Shown here: one piece after another, positions 17,585-27,124 of the stretch
Layout of the letters: each line of letters begins with the position of its first letter
How positions within the stretch are numbered: position 1 is the stretch's first letter
Source of the DNA: an uncultured delta proteobacterium
GTDB taxonomy: Bacteria > Desulfobacterota > Desulfobacteria > Desulfobacterales > Desulfosalsimonadaceae
DNA length: 64,000 nucleotides
Reading direction: 5' to 3'
NCBI GenBank assembly: GCA_963826785.1
Contig: CAWGYD010000008.1
Location: forward strand, 128,001-192,000
Notes under the pieces: generated by a model
Seen by the model: the letters and a program-made list of their open reading frames with translations, nothing else
Database searches by the model: none
What the model was told of the DNA's origin: nothing
Made by a program: the position numbers and the translations under genes

Positions 17585-20479
17585 ATGTTCCCCCCTCCTG
17601 ACCTGATAAGGCAAATTCAAAAAATTTTGGATTCGGAAGACCTCTCTATCCCTGAATACAAGGAGGTCGCCCGGCAATTTCAGGAACAATATAATCTTGC
17701 CAAAGCGAGGATACTGAAATGTAAGTCTCTTATTTCAGAACGAAGGCGTGAAGATGCAGTAGCGGAAGCACTGAAGGACCCTGATTTAAGAGAGATAAGC
17801 AGCAACTTGCATTTCAAAGAACTATTAAAATGGAAAAATATTTGCCAGGAACAGAACTGGCCCATACCGGAATTGTATGAATCTCAATTTAATGCGGCCT
17901 TACAGGATGTTTTTTCTTCAGACAATAAAATTTTTCCGTTGCTCACGAAATATAGGCGGGCTGCCCTTAAAAATGACTTCAGACGCTCTGTTCAGATTTT
18001 AAGACAAATAAAAAAGACAGACTGGTCCAACAAAAAATGGGATGAGGATCTCAAAGAATTTGAAAAAAGCCGAATGGCGGAGATTCGCAATCATTTCGTT
18101 TCGGCAGTTCGCAATCGTGATCATGACTATATCGCCTATTTGCTAATGGAATTAGAAGAAGAATGGTCAATTCCACGGGACGATCTTTTGTATAAAGAAA
18201 TAAAGGAGCATGTTTTAAATCACAAGAAAAAGGAGGTGATGCGGAACGGAAAAGAAATCTGCGCCAGAATGGTAAAAGCCTATAGGGCCAAGGATTTCTC
18301 TGCTGTCGAAAAAACAATCGAAGAGTATGAAAGTTTAAGAAAAGATCCGCTTTTTGATAATCAAGAAATGGATCGAGCATATATCAAAATTTCTTTTTGG
18401 ATTGAAACGGTAAAGAAAGAAAATGAATTAAAGGAGGCGGCTGCAAGGGAAAATGAAAGCTGGAGCGAGGCGATTTTTATACTTGAGCAAAATTTGAAAA
18501 TGAAAAATGTCAAAAATGTAATGAATTGCCTGAAAGAATTAGAGCAGTACTCTGGTAAAATAATACCGCCGGAGCTTGGAGCCGAAGCTGATGCACTGAT
18601 TAAGAAATGGAAATTTAAACGGAAGGTCACCTTCAGTCTGGTTATTTTAGTGTTCATTTTGTGTGCCGGCTTAGCGTTGGCGGTGACGAGATATCATCAA
18701 ATTCAGGACTCAACCCTGGCTGATTTGGAATCGGCATACAAAGCGGAAGACCTTCCACATTTTTTAGAAATATTAAAGAATTCGGAGAATACGCATCGAT
18801 TTACCTACAATTCAAATGAAATACAAAAATGGGCTTCCAAGATACCGGATCTCACGGCCATAGTTGCAAAAAAGCGAGCTATTTTTGAAGAGACGATTAC
18901 ACGAGTTAAGCAAATGCAAGATAATGATTTTTATGGCGATGAAGAAAAGGTTGAGCAGTTGCTTCATGCCGCAGAAATAAATGCTGTGGATAATGCGGAT
19001 AAAGGAATAATAGCGTCTATAAAAGAAGCGTGGGAAATTCACAAAGATCTGATTATCAATCAAAATGACAGGAATCTCAATAAGATTCTAAATGCAGTTT
19101 CTATCGAAATCGAGAAAGCAGAGACCTCCCTGGACCATATTCATTATATTGAGGCAAACGGGTACCTTTTTGAAACTGAGAAATTATTGATCCAAGCAGC
19201 TGAGATTGAGAATGTTTCGCCAAAGCTTACAGATGACATGAAAAAAATTCGGAACAAATATGAAAATCTAAGGTCTGACCTGCATCCGAAAATCAAGCAG
19301 CTTGAAATTATTTCAGGGGCACCAACTTTATCTGAATATTTAACTGAACTTAAAGCATATGTAACCGCCCTACCCGACGATCCGCTAAGCAGGTTAATGA
19401 ATTCGATAATTTCAGATGAAAAAAATTATTATGACCTTATTTCCATGCAATCTTATAATCCTGCAAACCCTTTCTGGTATCCAGTTGCTGAAATTTTCTC
19501 CGAGATCAAAGATAATATTTCTACGGTCAAAAAGGATATCACGAATCTTCAAGCCGATAAATGGTATACGGATTTATGGGAATACCCTTTGATTCCCGCC
19601 TTTAATAAAGGCAATAAGAAGGTATTCTCCGAGGGCAACCTTGTTAAAAAAAACAACGATGATGGCGTTGGGTGTTTTACAGGGTTTATGTATGTTTCGT
19701 CTTCCAGTGATTCGGAACCGGAATTCGTTCAAGGAGAACTCATCACAGCATATTTTGATACAACTAAGAAGGTTGAAAAATTAAGTCATTGCAAAATTTT
19801 ATATAATGATTTCGAAAAAATTTTGGAAGCCCCTCCAGATCTGTTTGCCGAAACAATGTTAACCCAAATGCAAAACCTCCTTAATGAAGATCTGCATCCT
19901 CTCTTAAAAGTTTCGGTCATGAAAAACTTGGTTCGCTCATTTACGGATTTAATGGAAGATAATGCGATGGAGGATTGGGAAGATGTATTGTCAGATTTAA
20001 ATGGTTTCGAATCTCCTGTCCATTGGCTCTGTTTTCTAAATCCAGCTCTTGAAAGTGGTAATAAGCGCGCCAAACGCATTCTGGATAAACATTTTGAGAA
20101 AACAAACATTATCTCGACACAAAAAGCTAAACTTGAGCTGATCCGAAAATGCTTGAAACGCTCGATTAAATGGGTTGGCAGCGCCTCATTTGAAGGGAAT
20201 CAAGAAATTTTATGGAAACAATCCAATATCCCCAGCGAAACATGGGTAGTTCGGGCATCCAGTAAGCCCAGTATTTATCTTGCACAGGAAATTAAAAATG
20301 AAAAATTAGTCTTTGATTATGTGAGTTATCTTCCTGGTGAACCGGTTTTTGCCCCGGATGATATGAAGACTTCCCGTGAAATTCTGAAAGAGGTTTTTTC
20401 GAAAAATGAATTATCTTTCGAAAATCATCTATCCGTTCCATCAATATGGCCTATTAATCTAAAGGCCAATGATTTGTAA
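17585..20479 (+). CDS. Large alpha-helical single-pass membrane protein, unknown function
   Basis: 964-aa ORF; charged helical N-terminal ~345 aa; basic stretch KKWKFKRK followed by TM VTFSLVILVFILCAGLALAV; ~600-aa predicted periplasmic part. Confidence 0.8.
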   Translation: MFPPPDLIRQIQKILDSEDLSIPEYKEVARQFQEQYNLAKARILKCKSLISERRREDAVAEALKDPDLREISSNLHFKELLKWKNICQEQNWPIPELYESQFNAALQDVFSSDNKIFPLLTKYRRAALKNDFRRSVQILRQIKKTDWSNKKWDEDLKEFEKSRMAEIRNHFVSAVRNRDHDYIAYLLMELEEEWSIPRDDLLYKEIKEHVLNHKKKEVMRNGKEICARMVKAYRAKDFSAVEKTIEEYESLRKDPLFDNQEMDRAYIKISFWIETVKKENELKEAAARENESWSEAIFILEQNLKMKNVKNVMNCLKELEQYSGKIIPPELGAEADALIKKWKFKRKVTFSLVILVFILCAGLALAVTRYHQIQDSTLADLESAYKAEDLPHFLEILKNSENTHRFTYNSNEIQKWASKIPDLTAIVAKKRAIFEETITRVKQMQDNDFYGDEEKVEQLLHAAEINAVDNADKGIIASIKEAWEIHKDLIINQNDRNLNKILNAVSIEIEKAETSLDHIHYIEANGYLFETEKLLIQAAEIENVSPKLTDDMKKIRNKYENLRSDLHPKIKQLEIISGAPTLSEYLTELKAYVTALPDDPLSRLMNSIISDEKNYYDLISMQSYNPANPFWYPVAEIFSEIKDNISTVKKDITNLQADKWYTDLWEYPLIPAFNKGNKKVFSEGNLVKKNNDDGVGCFTGFMYVSSSSDSEPEFVQGELITAYFDTTKKVEKLSHCKILYNDFEKILEAPPDLFAETMLTQMQNLLNEDLHPLLKVSVMKNLVRSFTDLMEDNAMEDWEDVLSDLNGFESPVHWLCFLNPALESGNKRAKRILDKHFEKTNIISTQKAKLELIRKCLKRSIKWVGSASFEGNQEILWKQSNIPSETWVVRASSKPSIYLAQEIKNEKLVFDYVSYLPGEPVFAPDDMKTSREILKEVFSKNELSFENHLSVPSIWPINLKANDL

Positions 20480-20517
20480 TTACTTTAAGATCACCCATAA
20501 TTACAAAAGAGAAAAAA

Positions 20518-21378
20518 ATGACTGATATCCATAGAAAGCAATTGGTGAAAATTCTCGAATGGCAGAGAATGGACATCGAAGGCCGTTTGAAGTTTAAAGG
20601 TGGAAAATACACAGACGTTAATTTTTCTTTATCACTTCTATTCGGGCTGATCTTGTTTTCTATTTTCTATGGGACGGTGATGGCGACTAAATATCCTCCC
20701 ATATATGATTTTTTCTTAAACAGAAGTATAACACAGCCATTCACAATGTTCTTTTCCTGTTGGGCGATATCAATTCTCTTTTTTAAATGGCAAAAGCTCC
20801 TTTTCCAAGAAAAAGCACTGGGCTTGATGATTGTTCCCCACTCACATGATTTCGAGCTTAATGCAGCATCGGCAAAGGATATTCTTGAAAGAATGCATGG
20901 AATTGTTGACAAAGTCGAACACTTTACCCTTTTAAATCGGATTGAAAGGGCATTATCCAATTTGCACAATATCGGCATGATCACCGATGTGTCAGAAGTA
21001 TTGAGATCTCAGGCCGAAAATGATGAAGACCATATGGAATCCAGTTATGCCTTGGTGAGGGGTTTTATATGGGCCATCCCTGTACTTGGGTTTGTCGGCA
21101 CAGTTTTGGGATTGTCAAAAGCTATCGGCAATTTTGGTGAAGTTCTTGGCTCTGCAGGAAATTTTGAAAACTTGAAAATCTCACTCCAAAGTGTCACTTC
21201 AGGATTGTCAGTTGCATTTGATACGACATTATTTGCACTGCTTGCAGCTTTAACAATTCAATTGATTTTAATCACCTTGAAAAAAAGGGAAGAGGATTTT
21301 TTGGATGCATGCAAAGAATATTGCCATGCAAATATTATAAGTAAATTGAGGCTTTCTAATTCCTCTGTCATAAACTAA
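20518..21378 (+). CDS. MotA/TolQ/ExbB proton-channel family protein
   Basis: Signature WAIPVLGFVGTVLGL and GLSVAFDTTLFAL; two further N-terminal hydrophobic helices. Confidence 0.9.
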   Translation: MTDIHRKQLVKILEWQRMDIEGRLKFKGGKYTDVNFSLSLLFGLILFSIFYGTVMATKYPPIYDFFLNRSITQPFTMFFSCWAISILFFKWQKLLFQEKALGLMIVPHSHDFELNAASAKDILERMHGIVDKVEHFTLLNRIERALSNLHNIGMITDVSEVLRSQAENDEDHMESSYALVRGFIWAIPVLGFVGTVLGLSKAIGNFGEVLGSAGNFENLKISLQSVTSGLSVAFDTTLFALLAALTIQLILITLKKREEDFLDACKEYCHANIISKLRLSNSSVIN

Positions 21379-21388
21379 TGCCAGATAA

Positions 21389-22072
21389 ATGAGAAAGAGA
21401 CGAGCGCATAAAAAAGATTTACCAATAAGTTTTTTTTCATTTCAGGATATTATAACTTGCCTTGTGGGCATTTTAATAATTCTGACGTTGATCATGGGAA
21501 TTGAAATCCCCAATTCAGTATCGCTTTCGTGCGAAAGCATGCAAACTGATATTTCTCAAACCTCGGATAAGGAACAGGATAACAATGCGAATATATTCAA
21601 TGAGGCCAGAAAAAAGATCAGAATTGATAATTTGAAATCAAAATTAAATCAGATTGAATTGGATTACACCCGCGAAAAAGTTGTTTGGGAATTGTTAAAT
21701 AAGGAATTATTTGAACTGAAGGATAAATATCAAGATATATTGACCGACAGAAGAATTTTCCTCATCCCAGGTGAGACTAACGATAAAATACCTCTGATCG
21801 TGGTATGCTCGTTATCCAGCATAGCCGTAAGTCATTTAAACAATGCAACTGCATTAGCTACTTTCACAACCGATCGAGAAGGAATCAATAACTTTTTCGC
21901 ATATGTATTAAATAGGGAAAAGGATAATGAATTCTTTGTAATTATGATTAAACCTTCAGGAACCGATTACGCCATGGATCTCGTTTATTTTATACAAAAT
22001 GCGGGTTTTGAGGTTGGTTATGATGCTCTTGAAGAGGACTATTCCCTGGCTCTAAAGAATGACCATGAGTAA
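21389..22072 (+). CDS. ExbD/TolR-like subunit 1
   Basis: Basic N-terminus, TM with Asp (ISFFSFQDIITCLVGILIILTL), coiled coil, C-terminal alpha/beta domain (FFVIMIKPSG...GFEVGYDAL); directly follows the MotA/ExbB gene. Confidence 0.7.
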   Translation: MRKRRAHKKDLPISFFSFQDIITCLVGILIILTLIMGIEIPNSVSLSCESMQTDISQTSDKEQDNNANIFNEARKKIRIDNLKSKLNQIELDYTREKVVWELLNKELFELKDKYQDILTDRRIFLIPGETNDKIPLIVVCSLSSIAVSHLNNATALATFTTDREGINNFFAYVLNREKDNEFFVIMIKPSGTDYAMDLVYFIQNAGFEVGYDALEEDYSLALKNDHE

Positions 22073-22796
22073 AAGAGGTGAAGAGCATCCCAACAGTTTT
22101 GATCTGCTTCTTGATACGATTTGCAATGCCTTTGGAGGAATCATCCTCGTCTCCCTATTGATGTCCATCTTAATTTGCGCAGGAAGTAAGGAGGCGGATG
22201 AGAAGGCAACCGAATTGAGTCCTTCCCTACACTCAACCCCAAATAATGATCCGAAAAAGTTATCGTGCGAAATTGAAGATTTTAAAAAGAAAAGCGATGA
22301 TATTCTTTTATCAATCAATGCTCTCAAAAATCAAATCACGACACTAAATGAAGAAATCGCAATAAAAAAAGCGTCCAGATTAAGGCGCCTCCGCCTACCT
22401 CGCCTGCGGGAAGTGACAGGCAAAAGAACCATCGTCACAGCGATTTATAATGGTAAGTTTTATATATTCCACGATTTACAAGATAAAATTCACGAACATG
22501 ACAACTCTGATGCCCGTGTAATCGAAGATAAGGATAAGATAACAATTCGGCCGTTTAAAAACAGAGGGCAACCAATAATGGAAAATGCCGAAAATTCAGG
22601 AAAATTGAATGCGGCCCTCAAAAATCTTAATCCGTCCCATGAGTATATACTTTTTTGTGTTTATAAAGATTCATTTGCCGAATTCAACCATGTAAAAAAA
22701 CTTTTTGTAGATAAAGGATTTGATTACAATTGGATAATTTGCTCTGCCGATGAAGATATTAAACTCATGAAGGCGCAGCATGTGAATGTACAATAA
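22059..22796 (+). CDS. ExbD/TolR-like subunit 2
   Basis: TM with Asp (SFDLLLDTICNAFGGIILVSLL), coiled coil, C-terminal YILFCVYKDSFAEF...GFDYNW; overlaps the upstream gene (alternative start 22065). Confidence 0.7.
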   Translation: MTMSKRGEEHPNSFDLLLDTICNAFGGIILVSLLMSILICAGSKEADEKATELSPSLHSTPNNDPKKLSCEIEDFKKKSDDILLSINALKNQITTLNEEIAIKKASRLRRLRLPRLREVTGKRTIVTAIYNGKFYIFHDLQDKIHEHDNSDARVIEDKDKITIRPFKNRGQPIMENAENSGKLNAALKNLNPSHEYILFCVYKDSFAEFNHVKKLFVDKGFDYNWIICSADEDIKLMKAQHVNVQ

Positions 22797-23060
22797 AATT
22801 TGGCATTATCTAAAACCTGAAGACGCGGTTAATCAAAGTGAAGGCCAACCCCCGATTTTTAAAAATGGATTTAGGCAAGGCAATGACGTCTTGCCTCATC
22901 ATCATCGATGCAACGTCAGCCGATAAAAAGCAATTCATAGGAGCTCTTATCAGATAAGGACCATTCATCGACACCCCCACTTTTTACTGGCAACTCAACT
23001 GGCCCCATATGCCAAACGCGTCTTATGGCAATTCCTTGCATCGAGAGAAATGATGAAGTG

Positions 23061-23651
23061 TCATTTTAACGTTTCGTCTATCTTCCAACACACCGGAACA
23101 GGATTTGCCGCAATGGAAAATATGTGCTTGTCATGAAAGAAATGACGCACGATCCATTCCCGATGGTCATAGGAGACCCCCAGGCGCGATTCATCGATGA
23201 TCCGGTGCACCCGGCAGGCGGATAGCCCCGTCAACCCGATCCCGCAGGCTTTGAGGACCGCTTCCTTGGCCGTAAAATAGCGGTAGAAAGCCAGATCCGT
23301 AACCGAATCCCACAATGCCCATTCGGATTCATCCGCGATTTTTTTAAACATCCCGGCGCGCACCGGCAGCAAGGCTTCCAGATCGATGCCCACCCGATGG
23401 GAGGATACCACGCCGGCCACATATTGCGGCTTGTGGCTCACAGACCAGAAGTATCCGTTTTCAGGAAGGGGCGCCCCTGAAGCATCAGCTTCGAGGCGAT
23501 CCAGGGTGATGCCGGTCCGGGCCGCGGAGGCCTTCACCGCCTGTCGGGCCAGTCGGCTCAAGTTCGCGGCATTTTGGCGGCCGGTGAAACCCGCACACGA
23601 TTCCGGCACCCTGTGGATTACCGGATAAATCGGATCATCATGCCCTGGCAT
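23061..23651 (-). CDS. 4'-phosphopantetheinyl transferase (Sfp-type)
   Basis: WSVSHK, VGIDLE, FTAKEAVLKACGIGL motifs. Confidence 0.88.
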   Translation of the reverse strand: MPGHDDPIYPVIHRVPESCAGFTGRQNAANLSRLARQAVKASAARTGITLDRLEADASGAPLPENGYFWSVSHKPQYVAGVVSSHRVGIDLEALLPVRAGMFKKIADESEWALWDSVTDLAFYRYFTAKEAVLKACGIGLTGLSACRVHRIIDESRLGVSYDHREWIVRHFFHDKHIFSIAANPVPVCWKIDETLK

Positions 23652-23682
23652 GGCCTTTGCCCCGGATCCATCTTCATTTGAT

Positions 23683-25800
23683 TCACGGATGCTCAAACGT
23701 AATGATGATGTCGGCCACTGTGGCGCCTTTCCCTTCCTCATGGACAAACAGGGGGTTGATGTCGAGTTCCTTGATATTGGGATGTTCGGTCACCAGATGG
23801 GACAGCCCCACCAGCAGCTGCTCCAGTTTTTCGATATCCGCATGGGGTTTTCCCCGGTAGCCGGTGAGCATCTCGTATCCCTTGATGCTCCGGATCATAC
23901 GCCGGGCGTTGTTTCTGCCGATGGGCGCCAGTTTGAAGGTCACGTTTTTAAACAGTTCCACGTAGATGCCGCCGAAACCGAACATGATCAAATGGCCGAA
24001 GTTTTCGTACTTGGTCACCCCCAGGATCACCTCCAGGCCCGGGGGGGCCATCTTCTGGATCAAAACGCCATCGATGCGCGCATCCGGTTTGAAGGCGTGT
24101 GCATTTTTAATGATGGCATCAAAACTCTCTTTGACTTCATCCGCGGTTTTCAGGTTGACCCGCACACACCCGGCATCCGATTTATGCAGAATATCGGGCG
24201 AGGCGATCTTGAGCGCCACCGGCGAGCCGATTTCACCGGCGATGCGCCCGGCTTCATCGGCGGTTTGGGCCACCTTCATGGGCAGCATGTCAAAGCCGTA
24301 GCACTGCAGCAATTCCTGGCCGTCATATTCGCCTAAAACGGTTTTGCCTTCCGCAAGCGTCTTATCCACGATCTGCCGGGCCCGGGCGCTGTCGATTTTA
24401 ATATCGAATTCCGGCAGGATCTTCCGGTGAAGCCAGCGGTTGGCTTCATGAAGTTTTCCCATGGACCGGGCTGCGTTTTCCGGAAACTGGAACACCGGGA
24501 CATGATGGGCCTGCAGGTATTCGACCCCGGCCGAGACGTCCACCACCCCCATGAAACTGCAGATAATCGGCTTATTGCTTTTTTCATAAATTTTGACGAT
24601 GGCCTCGGCCGTGCCGATGGCGTCGGTCATGGACTGGGGGGTGAGAATCATCAGGACCCCGTCTACGCCTTCATCGCTGATCACTGCTTCCAGGGCATGT
24701 TCATAGCGGTCGCTGGGCGCATCCCCGATGACATCCACCGGATTGTGAAAATTGGCGGTGGGGGGCAGATACTGGCGCAGCAGCGCATCGGTTTGTTCGC
24801 TGAACCGGGCCAGCCGAAGACCTGAAATCTCGGTCATGTCCGTGGCGATGATACCGGGGCCGCCCGCATTGGTGATAATGGCCACCCGATTGCCGGCCGG
24901 AATCTTTTCGGCGGAAAACGCTTCGGCAAAATCAAACAGGTCATCCACCGTATCGACCCGTATGATCCCGGCCTGGTCGAAAATGGCATTATAAACCGCT
25001 TCCGTGCCCGCCAGCGAGCCGGTATGGGAGGCGGCGGCGGCGGCACCGGCCGTGGTTTTCCCGGACTTGATCACCAGGATGGGGGTGGGCCGGTCACCGG
25101 AGGTGATGTGTTTGACCTCCTGGATGAAGGTGGGGCGGTACCGGAGTTCCTCCATGTAGATCATGATGACTTTGGTTTTCGGGTCCTTGTGATAATAGCG
25201 CAGCAAATCCAGTTCATCCACGTCGGCCTTGTTGCCGATGGAGACGAATTTGGAAAACCCGAATCCCCGATCCGCGGCAAAATCGAGCACCGCCGTGCAC
25301 AAGGCCCCGCTCTGGGAAATAAAAGAGATGTTTCCCACCCGGGGCATGCGGGTGGAGAAACTGGCATTGAGCCGGACATCGGCATGGGGATTGATCACCC
25401 CCAGGCAGTTGGGGCCCACCAGGCGGATGCCGGCTGCACGGCATTTTTCGGCGATCGCCTCCTCGATGGCGGCCCCCTCGCCGCCGACTTCCCTGAAGCC
25501 CGCCGATACGATGACAATCCCCTTGACCGGTTTTTCAATACACTGGTCAACGGCTTTTAACGCCAGTTTCGGCGGCAGGATGATCATGGCCAGATCCACC
25601 GGGTCCGGAATGTCCAGGATGGTGGGATAACACCGGACGCTCAGGATGGAGCGGGCGGTGGGATTGACCGGGTAGAGGGTCCCCTGGTATCCGCCCTTGA
25701 GCACATTGGCGAAAATATCATGGCCGACCTTGCCGGGGGTGGAGGATGCCCCGATGACGGCAACCGATTCGGGTGAAAAAATGGCGTCCAGCTTATCCAT
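23683..25800 (-). CDS. Acetate/acyl-CoA ligase (ADP-forming), fused alpha-beta
   Basis: SVAVIGAS, VGPNCLG, SQSGAL, SHTGSLAG (phospho-His), TNAGG, NPVD, HKSDAG, ELDINP. Confidence 0.92.
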   Translation of the reverse strand: MDKLDAIFSPESVAVIGASSTPGKVGHDIFANVLKGGYQGTLYPVNPTARSILSVRCYPTILDIPDPVDLAMIILPPKLALKAVDQCIEKPVKGIVIVSAGFREVGGEGAAIEEAIAEKCRAAGIRLVGPNCLGVINPHADVRLNASFSTRMPRVGNISFISQSGALCTAVLDFAADRGFGFSKFVSIGNKADVDELDLLRYYHKDPKTKVIMIYMEELRYRPTFIQEVKHITSGDRPTPILVIKSGKTTAGAAAAASHTGSLAGTEAVYNAIFDQAGIIRVDTVDDLFDFAEAFSAEKIPAGNRVAIITNAGGPGIIATDMTEISGLRLARFSEQTDALLRQYLPPTANFHNPVDVIGDAPSDRYEHALEAVISDEGVDGVLMILTPQSMTDAIGTAEAIVKIYEKSNKPIICSFMGVVDVSAGVEYLQAHHVPVFQFPENAARSMGKLHEANRWLHRKILPEFDIKIDSARARQIVDKTLAEGKTVLGEYDGQELLQCYGFDMLPMKVAQTADEAGRIAGEIGSPVALKIASPDILHKSDAGCVRVNLKTADEVKESFDAIIKNAHAFKPDARIDGVLIQKMAPPGLEVILGVTKYENFGHLIMFGFGGIYVELFKNVTFKLAPIGRNNARRMIRSIKGYEMLTGYRGKPHADIEKLEQLLVGLSHLVTEHPNIKELDINPLFVHEEGKGATVADIIITFEHP

Positions 25801-25884
25801 GCAGGTTCTCCTTTTGACGTGATTGATTCGCCCCCGGAAAAAGGGATCGGTCGTTTTTATTCGGCAATAAAGATAATCGGATAG

Positions 25885-26778
25885 TTACGTATTCGTCAAG
25901 TCCGACTTGACCTGAAGGATCATTTCATAGATCCGGTTTTTACCCATCCCGGTTTCCCTGGAAAGCTTCCGGGCCAGAGCGGATGCGCTTTCGGAGGACT
26001 TCAGCACAGCTTCCCGGACCCTTTCGGCCAGATCATCCGGCTCCGCCTCAACGGATTTCCGGGGGCATCCGGCCACCAGCAGGGTGATTTCCCCTTTAAT
26101 GGTGTCGCGCTCGGAAAGGCTGTCAAAAATTTCTGAAATCGGGCCGCGGATGAATTCCTCGAAGGTCTTGGTCATCTCCCGGGCAAGCACTGCCGGACGG
26201 TCTCCCAGGATGTCGGCCATCGCTTTGAGCACGGACATGATGCGCCGGGGGGATTCATAAAAGATCAGGGTGGCGCTCTCATCGGCCAGGGCCTGCAGTC
26301 GAAGGGTCCGTTTGGCGGATCTGGGGGGAAGAAATCCGACGAATACGAAAGCGTCCGTGGGCAGGCCCGATGCGCTCAGCGCGGTGACGGCGGCGCTTAC
26401 CCCGGGGATGGGGACGACCCGGATGCCCGCCGCAATGGCCGTCTGCAGGATGCGGTACCCCGGATCCGACATGGTGGGGGTTCCGGCATTGGATACCAGG
26501 GCCACCGATGCCCCGTCCTTAAGTCTCTGGATGATTGCCGGCGCCTGTTCGGCCTCGTTGTGCTCGTGGCAGGCGATCAGCCTGGCCTGGATGTCGAAAT
26601 GGGTGAGCAGTTTGCGGGTGTGGCGGGTGTCTTCGGCAGCGATGAGATCGACGGACTTCAACGTATCCAGGGCACGCAAGGTGATATCCCCCAGGTTTCC
26701 GATGGGGGTCGCCACCATATAGAGGATCCCCGGCGTGGCACCCGGCTGTTTTATTTCAGCTGACAAATTCAAAGGCAT
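25885..26778 (-). CDS. rsmI: 16S rRNA C1402 2'-O-methyltransferase
   Basis: LYMVATPIGNLGDIT, AAEDTR, AGTPTMSDPG, FYESPRR, REMTK..EE. Confidence 0.93.
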   Translation of the reverse strand: MPLNLSAEIKQPGATPGILYMVATPIGNLGDITLRALDTLKSVDLIAAEDTRHTRKLLTHFDIQARLIACHEHNEAEQAPAIIQRLKDGASVALVSNAGTPTMSDPGYRILQTAIAAGIRVVPIPGVSAAVTALSASGLPTDAFVFVGFLPPRSAKRTLRLQALADESATLIFYESPRRIMSVLKAMADILGDRPAVLAREMTKTFEEFIRGPISEIFDSLSERDTIKGEITLLVAGCPRKSVEAEPDDLAERVREAVLKSSESASALARKLSRETGMGKNRIYEMILQVKSDLTNT

Positions 26779-27124
26779 TTTTGATGATCTCGACGCGGGT
26801 ATTTTCACTGTCGGCATTGATGGCAACCACGTCGAAGCGGGCCCGGACATTCATCTGACGGGTTGATTTCAGGTAAAAAAGCGCATTTTTTGCAATTTTG
26901 CGCTGCTTGGCCGGCGTGACGGCCGCCTTGGCACTGCCGTAGACAGACGATTTCCGGGTTTTGACTTCCACGAACACCAGGGTGTCTCCATCTTTGGCGA
27001 TAATATCGATTTCTCCCACGGGTGTGCGGTAGTTGGTATGCAAGACCCTGTACCCCTGAGCCTTTAGCGCCTTGCCCGCAAGCGCTTCTCCAAATTGTCC
27101 AAACCGCAGCCGCTGGAGCGTCAT
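26756..27124 (-). CDS. yraN: YraN family endonuclease-like protein
   Basis: G..GE, GEIDII, LVFVEVKTR, RFDVV; usual position after rnhB. Confidence 0.9.
   Translation of the reverse strand: MTLQRLRFGQFGEALAGKALKAQGYRVLHTNYRTPVGEIDIIAKDGDTLVFVEVKTRKSSVYGSAKAAVTPAKQRKIAKNALFYLKSTRQMNVRARFDVVAINADSENTRVEIIKNAFEFVS

Larger units (their letters stand above)
10190..23000. other. AT-rich genomic island
   Basis: Hand-counted 60-nt lines give 22-50% GC inside versus 62-75% in flanking genes; no housekeeping genes; boundaries approximate. Confidence 0.9.

Noticed and set aside
20518..22796. Calling the motor genes Zorya (zorAB), flagellar motAB, or a standard exbBD/tolQR
   Set aside because: No OmpA-like domain on either B subunit, no long ZorA-type cytoplasmic tail, and no ZorC/D/E, flagellar, TonB/TolA/TolB/Pal or receptor genes in the island.
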